Origin: Anaerolineae bacterium
GTDB lineage: Bacteria; Chloroflexota; Anaerolineae; Aggregatilineales; Aggregatilineaceae
Direction: 5' to 3'
Assembly (NCBI GenBank): GCA_034437275.1
Contig: DAOTUD010000185.1
Span: 17,702 to 81,701 of the forward strand
DNA length: 64,000 nt
The notes below the pieces were generated by a model that ran no database searches, was not told the DNA's origin, and saw only the letters and a program-made list of their open reading frames with translations. Positions 9,918 to 18,189 of this stretch are shown here, one piece after another (position 1 is the first letter of the stretch; each line of letters opens with the position of its first letter). The translations under genes and the position numbers were made by a program.

Positions 9918-11744
9918 TTAGTCGAACCGGATGCGGGGGTCGAGCCAGGTGTACATGATGTCCACCAGGATATTCCCCAGGATCAGGAAGACGGAGTAGA
10001 GCAGCGAGACCCCCATGATCATGGTGTAGTCACGGGCGGCCACACTTTCCACAAACACCTTGCCCAGCCCCGGGATGACGAAGATCAGTTCGACCACGAA
10101 CGTACCGGTCAGCACGGCGGCCAGCAACGGCCCCAGGATCGTCGTTACCGGGATCATGGCGTTCTTGAGCGCGTGGACGTAAACCACAACACGCTCGCGC
10201 AGGCCCTTCGCGCGTGCCGTGCGCACATAGTCTTCGTGCAGCACCTGGAGCAGGCTGGCGCGCGTCAGGCGGGCGATACCGGCGCTCATGCCGGTGCCCA
10301 GCGTGATGACAGGCAGCGCCATGATCTTGATGTAGTACGACGACAGTTCTGGGCCTTCACGCCAGGCATTGTCCGTCGCCGCGACCGGCACCCATCCCAG
10401 TTCCACCGCGAAAATGATGATCAGGATGGGGGCCAGTACAATCGAGGGTGTGGACTGTCCCATCACAGCGAAGAACATCGCCACATAGTCGATCGCACTG
10501 TTATGATAGACTGCTGCCAAGACGCCGAGCGGAACCCCCAACAGGAAGCCCAACGCGACCGCGAACAGGCCGACCTGCAAGGAGACGGGCAGACGTTCGG
10601 AGATTTCCTCGCTCACCTGGATGTTCCGGGTGCGGTTCGACACGTTCAGCGAAGGGCCGAAGTCCATGTGCATCGCGTCCCACATGTAGTTGAAGAACTG
10701 CGAGTCCAGCAGGTCGATGCGCGTGACCTTCACCGTGTTACGCGTGGTGGCGGTCGCATCGCCGCCGCTCTCTGTCAAGGTCTCGTACCGGGTGATCGGA
10801 AGCAGGCTCCACGACTTGGGCCTCTTGGGTTCTTCTTCGATCACAAATTCCGGCTCGGCAGGTTCTTCCGGGGCCTCAATTGCCAGGGCTTTCACCTCGG
10901 CTTTAGCCTCATTCACCCCCTCTTGGAGTTTGGGGATTCTCTCTTCCTCTTTAAAGCTGCCGCTGGTGCGTACCTGGGCCAGGGTGCTCTGCAGCTCGTT
11001 CAGGCGCTCAACAGCCGCGTCGTATTCTGCCAGGCTTTCCTCGGCTTCCACCAAATACTGCTGGTGCTCGGTGAGCTTGGTCGCGGCATAGTCCTGCATG
11101 GCATCCGCGTCGAACTGGTCCAGCGCCATACTGGCTGCGACCAGTCGCTCGCCAGCCTCATTCATCTGCGCTTCGAGCTGGTCAACCTCGGCGCCCACCC
11201 CTTGCAGGGACAGGGCGGCGTTGTACTTCTCGACGGCAGCCACATACTCGGCTTCGGCGGCTTCGTATTCGGTCAGAGCCGCCTGGTGCGCCTGATACTG
11301 CTCGTACTGCGCCTTGATGTCCTCGTATTCCTGGTAGTGGTCTACGCCGACCAGATAGGCCTGGTAGTCCGCGTGCCGTGCCAGGTCCTTGTTATATTCG
11401 TCGTAGCATCCAGCCGCTTCCATCTGATCTTCAGCTTCGGGGCATTTGCCGTCGTTCCAGGTGTTGAAGATCAGCGGCTTGTCCAGGCCAAACTGCTGCT
11501 CGAGCTGTTCCTTCACATAATCCGGCATCCGGCGCTGGCCGACCGCATTGAACGGGCCACCGGGCAGCAGATGGGACAATGTGAAGGTCACCAGCAAGAT
11601 CGCAAGCAGGACCGGGATGGCTGCCAGCAATCGCCGGATCAGGAACTTGAGCATGCTGGTGCCCCCTATGGCCCGCAGAATGCCGGTCAGGAAGTCCCAG
11701 ATGCTTTTCAGTAACCCGAAAACTATTCTTTGTACTTCTTGCAT
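9918..11744 (-). CDS. ABC transporter permease, OppB/DppB-like, with a coiled-coil insertion of about 255 aa in the first extracytoplasmic loop
   Basis: The ends match the DppB pattern: MLKFLIRRLLAAIPVLL..., FGLDKPL, then DFGPSL...ISERLPVSLQ, and a C-terminal EDYVRTARAKGL. An alternative start is the ATG at 11654. Confidence 0.8.
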   Translation of the reverse strand: MQEVQRIVFGLLKSIWDFLTGILRAIGGTSMLKFLIRRLLAAIPVLLAILLVTFTLSHLLPGGPFNAVGQRRMPDYVKEQLEQQFGLDKPLIFNTWNDGKCPEAEDQMEAAGCYDEYNKDLARHADYQAYLVGVDHYQEYEDIKAQYEQYQAHQAALTEYEAAEAEYVAAVEKYNAALSLQGVGAEVDQLEAQMNEAGERLVAASMALDQFDADAMQDYAATKLTEHQQYLVEAEESLAEYDAAVERLNELQSTLAQVRTSGSFKEEERIPKLQEGVNEAKAEVKALAIEAPEEPAEPEFVIEEEPKRPKSWSLLPITRYETLTESGGDATATTRNTVKVTRIDLLDSQFFNYMWDAMHMDFGPSLNVSNRTRNIQVSEEISERLPVSLQVGLFAVALGFLLGVPLGVLAAVYHNSAIDYVAMFFAVMGQSTPSIVLAPILIIIFAVELGWVPVAATDNAWREGPELSSYYIKIMALPVITLGTGMSAGIARLTRASLLQVLHEDYVRTARAKGLRERVVVYVHALKNAMIPVTTILGPLLAAVLTGTFVVELIFVIPGLGKVFVESVAARDYTMIMGVSLLYSVFLILGNILVDIMYTWLDPRIRFD

Positions 11745-11803
11745 ATTGTCCTCTTGTAGTCTATAACCCGGGGCAACCTCAGGTGGGCTGCCCCGGAGTG
11801 TCG

Positions 11804-14194
11804 TTACTGCCCTGCGGGTGCATCTGACTCAACGGGTTCTAGATCGCGGGGCAAGGCCAGCCCTTCGATCTTCTCAAGTTCACCTTCACGATAGAATGTC
11901 TGTGGCTCGCGGGTGCCATCGGCGTCTTCGTAGTATTCGATGTAGGCCGGTTCCCCGTTGCACGACACCTCGTAGAAGATTTCGTAGTCGGTGCTGGTTT
12001 CGGCCTGGCTCAGGCGCACCCCTTCGACCACAATCGGCTCCATAGGCAGGCAGCGCCCCGCGTACTCGCTGCGCTTGCCAAAGCCCGACGCACCTACCTC
12101 GGTCTTGGGGATACGCACATAGCGGCGGTCACCGTCATCGTCTTCGATCCAGGCGTCGCTGTCTTCGATATAGCGGGTGACATCGCCCGGCACAAAGGCC
12201 AATGGCCCCTTGAGGTTGTCCTGCATGATCCATCCCTCAAGCACCTGTTCTTCCAGGCAGATCGAGCGGACGGTGGTGGTACCGCGCAAGCCCTCGAAGG
12301 CCACCTCGACGGTCAGTTCCGCCTGATCCAGCTGGCAGCCGGTGCAGGTGATGTAGTAGTAGATCGTGTCGACCCCTTCATATTCCTGGATCGACGCGAC
12401 TGTGTCCGGCGTGCACTGTCCCAGGACGTTGGCATCGTCACCTGCGGGGATGGCCAGGGCGGGGTCAGTCGTCAGGTACAACGGCTGGGCGAAGTCGATC
12501 ACGAAACGCTTGGCATCTTCCGCGCCCCCAGCCGCCGCCACATCATCACCGGTGTCGGCTGCGACGTCGTCTGCCGCGGCATCACCGGCGTCGTCTTCAA
12601 CTTCGGTTGTGCCTTGTTCCGCCGCAGTGCGAGCCTGCTCGGCGATCTCTTCGGGCAGTTCGTCGGCAAAGAAGGGCACCGGCGAAGCCAACAGGAGCAC
12701 ATCTATCCCTGGATCGTAAAGCAGCGGACCGACGAAGTAGCGCTGGTCCAGCCAGCCTTCAGCTTCCTGCGGGGTTCCGTCGTCTCCTTCGTACATACAG
12801 GTAAATTTATAGTAAATCTCGCTGTCATCAATCAACTGGGCATCCGTCGCACGCAGCACCGCGTCCATCGGGCAGTCCACAAATTCGACGTTGGGGTCTG
12901 TCCGGGGCATTGGTTCGGTCGTGAGCTGGAAGTCCGGTCCGGCATCAGGCGGCAAGATCGGCAGCGCACGCTGCTGAACCTTGATCTCGGCGGGGCCAGC
13001 CAGGTCGTTGTTCGTGAGCCAGCCCTTCTGATAGCCGGCGAAGTTGCCCATTGTGTCGTACAGGGGACATTCGGCCCGGTAGTAGATTTCCCGGATGCCG
13101 TCGCCGTCTTTGTCAAACGCATGGATGCGCAAAATCGGCACAATGGTGCCGGGGGCGCACTGCGGGCCAAACGCGACGGCGGGCTGCGGCTCGAACTGGT
13201 CATCCAGCAGCGTCACGACATCGCTGTCGTCCTGGGTCAGGGTCAGGGCCAACTGGCCGCGCGGGAAGTCCAACGGCCCGGCCAAACGCTCTTCGACTAC
13301 CCAGCCGACCGATCCGACGCAGTCCGCCAGATAGTAAATATTGGCGACGGCGATGGTGACCTTGGTGCCGTGCAGCGTGCTCACCGTCTCCATCTGAGCC
13401 AGGTCTTCCTGGAGCAACTGCCCCTCAGCGACATGGTACAGCAGGATCTCCGCCAAGGCATCGGGGTCGCTGGCCAGAAATTCATCGACCGTCAGACCTT
13501 GCAGGCTCAACATATTCTCGAAGGCTTCGTCGGGCGGGGCAAAGAGCGTGAAGGGGCCATCGCCCTGCAGCGTAGCGGCCAGCCCGGCTTTCTCGAGGGC
13601 CGCCGTCAAGATCGCAAAGTCGAAGCGATCGTCTTGCTGGAGCAGGCTGAGCATGTCCTGTCCATCGCCCGCCCCAGCGGCAGCATCCACCGCCGCGCCG
13701 TCCGCAGCGGGGGTGCCGCGGGGCAGTTGGTCCACGCCTTCCGGCAGCAGTACGCCGTTGAGCACATGAATGACCCCGTTATCCGCCTCGATATCAGGGA
13801 TCATCACCCGGCCTTCGTATTCGCCCTCGTTCAGGTACAGGTCGCCGCCTTCTTCATAGATGCGGCCTGCGTACAAGATGTCTGCCGCCGAGTTACCCTC
13901 GCACAAGGCTTTGGTGTTGGTTTTGTTGTCCAGCAAGGGTTCTGGCTTCAGCGTCATGTAGAAGAACGCTTCGCCCTCCTCGTTGGGAGCCAGCACAGTC
14001 TCCAAAACGTCAAACTGTGCGTTTTCATCGACGGGAAGGGGCGTTGGTGTATAGAACGGGGTCAGTTCGAACAACCCCAAATCGCCCGAATAACAGGCCA
14101 GGCTGGCCAGCATCAACATCATGATGACCAGCATCAATGCGCCTGAAAGTCCTAAAGTTTTTTTGTTCACGTTCACGTTTCTCCTCTTCTTCAT
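11804..14194 (-). CDS. Secreted or membrane-anchored 796-aa protein: fasciclin (FAS1) motifs plus five Cys-bracketed SH3b-like repeats and an acidic linker
   Basis: N-terminal hydrophobic anchor (LMLVIMMLMLASLAC). FAS1 signatures NGVIHVLNGVLLP and GPFTLFAPPDEAF...LLYHV. Recurring module C..(I/L)YY...C...GW...L.GP. Confidence 0.7.
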   Translation of the reverse strand: MKKRRNVNVNKKTLGLSGALMLVIMMLMLASLACYSGDLGLFELTPFYTPTPLPVDENAQFDVLETVLAPNEEGEAFFYMTLKPEPLLDNKTNTKALCEGNSAADILYAGRIYEEGGDLYLNEGEYEGRVMIPDIEADNGVIHVLNGVLLPEGVDQLPRGTPAADGAAVDAAAGAGDGQDMLSLLQQDDRFDFAILTAALEKAGLAATLQGDGPFTLFAPPDEAFENMLSLQGLTVDEFLASDPDALAEILLYHVAEGQLLQEDLAQMETVSTLHGTKVTIAVANIYYLADCVGSVGWVVEERLAGPLDFPRGQLALTLTQDDSDVVTLLDDQFEPQPAVAFGPQCAPGTIVPILRIHAFDKDGDGIREIYYRAECPLYDTMGNFAGYQKGWLTNNDLAGPAEIKVQQRALPILPPDAGPDFQLTTEPMPRTDPNVEFVDCPMDAVLRATDAQLIDDSEIYYKFTCMYEGDDGTPQEAEGWLDQRYFVGPLLYDPGIDVLLLASPVPFFADELPEEIAEQARTAAEQGTTEVEDDAGDAAADDVAADTGDDVAAAGGAEDAKRFVIDFAQPLYLTTDPALAIPAGDDANVLGQCTPDTVASIQEYEGVDTIYYYITCTGCQLDQAELTVEVAFEGLRGTTTVRSICLEEQVLEGWIMQDNLKGPLAFVPGDVTRYIEDSDAWIEDDDGDRRYVRIPKTEVGASGFGKRSEYAGRCLPMEPIVVEGVRLSQAETSTDYEIFYEVSCNGEPAYIEYYEDADGTREPQTFYREGELEKIEGLALPRDLEPVESDAPAGQ

Positions 14195-14203
14195 GGTATC
14201 CGG

Positions 14204-15349
14204 TTATGTCCCGCGCATACGTGGGTCGAGCGCGTCACGTAGACCGTCACCCAAGAAGTTAAAGGACAAGGTGGTAATTACCAGCGCCACACTTGGTACT
14301 AGCAGAATATGACGATTGGAAAGGAAACCGCCCCGTTCGCGGACGGTGCTGATCATCGCGCCCCACGAGGGCGTGCCGGGCTGGATGCCCAGGCCAATGA
14401 AACTCAGGAAGGCCTCGGTGAAGATGTATCCGGGGATAGCCAGCGTTTCGGCGACGATCAACGGGCCGATCACGTTCGGCAGCAAGTGCACGAAGATGAT
14501 GCGGCGGTTGCTGGCGCCGACGGCACGGGCTGCTTCGACAAATTCCTTCTCGCGGTAGGACAAGACCTGCCCGCGTGCCAGACGTGCCATGCCGATCCAG
14601 CTCAGCGCACCCAGCGCAATGAACAGGAACAGCAGCCCACCCATGTCCTGGTTCAGGTCCAGGATGAAGCCGACAAACCCACCGCGTGCTTCGTCCTGGT
14701 ACTCGTGGGCGATCTCGGTGAAGAACACCTGTAGCAAGATCACCAGCACCAGGTAGGGGATACCGTACAGGAAGTCGATGACGCGCATCATCACATTGTC
14801 GATGCGGCCCCCGTAAAATCCCGAAATCACGCCGTAGATCAGGCCGACGATCAGACTCATCGTCGCACCCAACACGCCAACGGACAGTGATACCTGAGCC
14901 CCGTAGACTGTCTGCGACAGCCAGTCCTTACCACTGCTGTCCGCCCCCAGCAAGTAGCACCACTGCTCCTGAGAATAGTCTGGAGTATCACGGAAGCAGT
15001 GTTGGGTTTGGACTTCGACCAGGGCTTGCTGGCTCAGCCAGCCGCACCAATACGGGTTACTGTTGAGGTTGTCGCGTGCACACAAGCCGGGGTCTGGATA
15101 GGAGTCTTGCCTTTCCAGATTGACCGGGTTGATCGTGTGCATCGACTTGGCCCCCGTCCGGTTATCGAGCAGCCCGACGCGGGTCCAGAGTTGGGCTGTG
15201 ATGGCGATGAAAAACAAGATGCTAAGCACCACCAGGGCGACGACTGCCGCTCGATTCCGCCTGAACAAGTGCCAGGCGTCGACCCAGGGGTTCGCTACTC
15301 GTTCTTCTTCCTCCAAAGAGATTGGCTCTGCGCCTTCCGCAACGGCCAT
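14204..15349 (-). CDS. ABC transporter permease, OppC/DppC-like, with a Cys-rich N-terminal loop insertion
   Basis: 381 aa. LLGADSSGKDWLSQTVYGAQVSL matches the OppC N-domain pattern, and EFVEAARAVGASNRRIIFVHLLPN matches the EAA loop. Confidence 0.8.
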   Translation of the reverse strand: MAVAEGAEPISLEEEERVANPWVDAWHLFRRNRAAVVALVVLSILFFIAITAQLWTRVGLLDNRTGAKSMHTINPVNLERQDSYPDPGLCARDNLNSNPYWCGWLSQQALVEVQTQHCFRDTPDYSQEQWCYLLGADSSGKDWLSQTVYGAQVSLSVGVLGATMSLIVGLIYGVISGFYGGRIDNVMMRVIDFLYGIPYLVLVILLQVFFTEIAHEYQDEARGGFVGFILDLNQDMGGLLFLFIALGALSWIGMARLARGQVLSYREKEFVEAARAVGASNRRIIFVHLLPNVIGPLIVAETLAIPGYIFTEAFLSFIGLGIQPGTPSWGAMISTVRERGGFLSNRHILLVPSVALVITTLSFNFLGDGLRDALDPRMRGT

Positions 15350-15417
15350 ATCTTTATTTCTCCTTCATTGTCATAACCGCCCCCGATCAAAGTCGAACAG
15401 GGGAGGCCGGTCTTCAA

Positions 15418-16452
15418 TCAGATCACGCGATGACAGGCGACCCAATGTTCGGGCAGGACCTCGACCAATTCGGGGTCTTCGTCATAGCAAACATCAACCG
15501 ATACCGGGCACCGCGTGTTAAAGTTGCACCCGGTCGGCGGGTTGATTGGGCTGGGCACATCACCTTTGAGGATGATCCGCTGGCGTTTTTCTTCCACCGC
15601 CGGATCGGGCACCGGCACCGCCGACAGCAGCGCCTGGGTGTAGGGATGCAGCGGGTTGGTGTACAGTTCTTCGCTCTCGGCGATCTCGACGATCTTGCCC
15701 AGATACATCACCGCTACCCGGTTGCACAGGTGCCGCACCATGCTCAGGTCGTGCGCAATGAACAGGTACGTCAGGCCGAGTTCGTCCTGGAGTTTCTCCA
15801 GCAGGTTGACCACCTGGGCCTGGATCGACACATCCAGGGCCGAGATCGGCTCGTCGGCCACGATGAACGACGGGTTGAGGGCCAACGCACGGGCCAACCC
15901 GATACGCTGGCGCTGGCCGCCGGAAAACTCGTGCGGGTAACGCCGCACAAAGTACGGGTTCAGCCCCACCAGGTCCAGCAGGTCGGCTACGCGCTCGCGG
16001 CGTTCCCGTTTGGTGCCAATGTTGTGGACCACCAACGGCTCGGCCACGATGCGGCCTACCGACATACGCGGGTTGAGCGATGCGTAGGGGTCCTGGAAGA
16101 TCATCTGCATTTTGCGCCGCATGCGACGCATCTTCGAACCCGAAAGTTCGGTGATCTCCTGCCCGTCGAACTGTACGCTGCCTGCGGTCGCTTCGTAGAG
16201 CTGCAGGATTGTGCGTCCTGACGTGGACTTGCCGCAGCCGCTTTCACCGACCAGACCCAGCGTTTCGCCTTCGTAGATGTCAAAGCTGATCCCATCAACC
16301 GCTTTTACGGCGGCGACTTCGCGCTGGAACAAAATGCCAGAGTGGATCGGAAAATGCTTCTTCAGGTTCTTGACCCGCACCAACACTTTTTTGCCGTCCC
16401 GCGAGGTGGGCGTAGTCGTGGCGGTTTGCGTATCAGGCTTGGCTTGGTTCAT
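15418..16452 (-). CDS. ABC transporter ATP-binding protein, OppF/DppF-like
   Basis: Start at MNQAKPD (ATG 16452). Walker [10 protein letters not shown], signature FSGGQRQR, Walker B FIVADEP. The C-terminal oligopeptide-type extension has Cys residues. Confidence 0.85.
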   Translation of the reverse strand: MNQAKPDTQTATTTPTSRDGKKVLVRVKNLKKHFPIHSGILFQREVAAVKAVDGISFDIYEGETLGLVGESGCGKSTSGRTILQLYEATAGSVQFDGQEITELSGSKMRRMRRKMQMIFQDPYASLNPRMSVGRIVAEPLVVHNIGTKRERRERVADLLDLVGLNPYFVRRYPHEFSGGQRQRIGLARALALNPSFIVADEPISALDVSIQAQVVNLLEKLQDELGLTYLFIAHDLSMVRHLCNRVAVMYLGKIVEIAESEELYTNPLHPYTQALLSAVPVPDPAVEEKRQRIILKGDVPSPINPPTGCNFNTRCPVSVDVCYDEDPELVEVLPEHWVACHRVI

Positions 16453-17443
16453 GTTCTTGTTCCTTCTTACGAATGTCCACCCAACAAGCTGTGGTATGCC
16501 CTTCGATCGAGTTGGCGACCGGGGCCAGCGGGGGATTCGTGGTTGTGCATTTGTCAATGCTGTAGACACAACGTGATGCGAATGGGCAGCCCTTCGGCAG
16601 ATAGCGCATGTCCGGCGGGGCCCCTTCGATGGAAAACAGTTCCTCGTTTTTCTGGTCCAGGCGGGGCAGCGACCCCAGCAGGCCCAGGGTGTAAGGATGG
16701 CGTGGATCACCATAGACCGCTTTGGCCGGGCCACGCTCGATAATATAGCCGGCGTACATCACGTTGACGGTGTCGGCCAGCCCGGCGACCACGCCGAGAT
16801 CGTGCGAAATCCAGATCATCGCCATGCCGATTTTGTCGCGCAGACGGCGCACCAGGTCCAGAATCTGAGCCTGGATGGTCACATCCAGCGCGGTGGTCGG
16901 CTCGTCGGCGATCAACAGCTGCGGATTGCACGACAGTGCCATCGCGATCATGGCGCGCTGGCGCATCCCACCGGAAAACTGGTGTGGATAATCATCCAGT
17001 CGATCGGCTGCCGATGAAATGCCGACCATCGAGAGCAGTTCTGCCGCACGTGCGCGGGCCTGTTCGTTATCCATGCCCAGGTGCAGCTTCAACGCTTCGG
17101 TGATCTGCCGCCCAACCGTCAGCACGGGGTTGAGCGAGGTCATCGGGTCCTGGAAGACCATCGCGATCTCGGCCCCACGCACCAGGCGCTGCTTATTCTT
17201 GGATAACTTCAGGAGGTCCCGCCCGCGAAAATGGACTTCGCCAGCGGTGATCTCGCCAGGCGGCTTGGGGATCAGGCCCATGATCGAAAGGGCATGCACA
17301 CTCTTTCCGCAGCCACTTTCGCCCACTACCCCCAGCGTTTCCCCCTCTTCGAGGATGTAGGAAACGCCGTTGACAGCGTAGACCGTCCCTTCTTCGGTAT
17401 GAAATTTTGTTGTGAGGTCCTTGACCTCCATTAAGACTGTCAA
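16433..17443 (-). CDS. ABC transporter ATP-binding protein, OppD/DppD-like
   Basis: Walker [10 protein letters not shown], signature FSGGMRQR, Walker [15 protein letters not shown] start sits 6-7 nt after an AAGGAGAGG RBS. Confidence 0.85.
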   Translation of the reverse strand: MTVLMEVKDLTTKFHTEEGTVYAVNGVSYILEEGETLGVVGESGCGKSVHALSIMGLIPKPPGEITAGEVHFRGRDLLKLSKNKQRLVRGAEIAMVFQDPMTSLNPVLTVGRQITEALKLHLGMDNEQARARAAELLSMVGISSAADRLDDYPHQFSGGMRQRAMIAMALSCNPQLLIADEPTTALDVTIQAQILDLVRRLRDKIGMAMIWISHDLGVVAGLADTVNVMYAGYIIERGPAKAVYGDPRHPYTLGLLGSLPRLDQKNEELFSIEGAPPDMRYLPKGCPFASRCVYSIDKCTTTNPPLAPVANSIEGHTTACWVDIRKKEQEHEPSQA

Positions 17444-17460
17444 AAGCCTACCTCTCCTTT

Positions 17461-17489
17461 GTCACTTTTCTTAGACGCACAAAAGTGAC
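17461..17489. repeat. Perfect 9-bp inverted repeat in the 5' UTR of the ABC operon
   Basis: gtcactttt-N11-aaaagtgac, between the predicted promoter (17524-17552) and the RBS. Confidence 0.6.
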
Positions 17490-17523
17490 AGAACAAACGC
17501 ACTGCCTAGAAAAGTTTTGCGGA

Positions 17524-17552
17524 ATTGTATTTTAGTTTCGGGTGCTTGACAA
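17524..17552 (-). promoter_or_regulatory. Sigma-70-like promoter of the ABC operon
   Basis: Minus strand reads TTGTCA-17 nt-TACAAT (plus-strand tgacaa 17547-17552, attgta 17524-17529). Confidence 0.55.
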
Positions 17553-17717
17553 ATTTTTTGTAAAAAATGACAAGAAGCCGACTACCGCGTTTAGCTTATC
17601 GATTGCCCCCCCTCGTGCAAAGTGACGTCTGGCCTTTATTCGGCATGATCTGAGATACTTTCCGTTAATGGTACAACTGGGCACCCTGTTTGGTTCAAAA
17701 TTCGTGCCAGCCCGTGC

Positions 17718-17746
17718 TTGACAGCCCCCGCCCGGTTTGCTACACT
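17718..17746 (+). promoter_or_regulatory. Sigma-70-like promoter of the serS leader
   Basis: TTGACA (17718-17723), 17-nt spacer, TACACT (17741-17746). Confidence 0.65.
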
Positions 17747-17752
17747 GCTGCC

Positions 17753-17999
17753 AATGACTTTGAGGGAGCCAAGTAAGGGGCCGCGTGTTCCCAGCGAGCT
17801 GCCGGTTGGTGCAAGGCAGCAGCACCGCCCCCTGAAATCCACTCCTGAGTACGTCGCCGCCGACACAAGGCAGGCCGGGTACGCCCGTTAGCGCGTGCGA
17901 GTCGCTGACTCGCTGAGGTCCCTGCCGCGAGGTAGGGATAAAATCCAGGTGGCACCACGAGCCGCTCGTCCTGGTTGATCCGGATGAGGGGCTTTTTTT
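17753..17999 (+). promoter_or_regulatory. T-box riboswitch leader (Ser specifier UCC) with intrinsic terminator
   Basis: Stem I base GGGAG (17765-17769) pairs with CUCCU (17842-17846). The specifier loop has AAGUAA on the 5' side and CUGAAAUCCA on the 3' side, i.e. UCC at 17838-17840 followed by a purine. T-box sequence AAAUCCAGGUGGCACCACG at 17941-17959. Terminator stem 17961-17971/17982-17992 followed by U7. Confidence 0.8.
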
Positions 18000-18020
18000 G
18001 TTTGTCAGGAGCACAGACCT

Positions 18021-18185
18021 ATGACGTTTGATTTCATGAAACCGGATATCTGGGATGGCCTGGTGATCGGGGTCATCCTGATCGGGCTGGCGTTGGCTGC
18101 GCTGCAAATTTACAGCGACTACACGGCCTATCAACGCCGCCAGGCCAAAGCCCAGCGACGCCACAAGCAGCCAAAGGAGGAATAA
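18021..18185 (+). CDS. Small (54 aa) single-TM protein between the T-box terminator and serS
   Basis: The ATG is preceded by AGGAG. Sequence MTFDFMKPDIWDGLVIGVILIGLALAALQIY... with a basic tail. Its last codons contain the AAGGAGG RBS of serS. It is below the ORF-track length cut-off. Confidence 0.4.
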   Translation: MTFDFMKPDIWDGLVIGVILIGLALAALQIYSDYTAYQRRQAKAQRRHKQPKEE

Positions 18186-18189
18186 GGCA

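Noticed and set aside
9867-14146. Long plus-strand ORFs 9867-11714 (615 aa) and 12614-14146 (510 aa)
   Set aside because: They are antisense to the permease and the FAS1-repeat protein. Composition is dominated by R/G/Q/H/V with no recognisable domains, so these are shadow ORFs.
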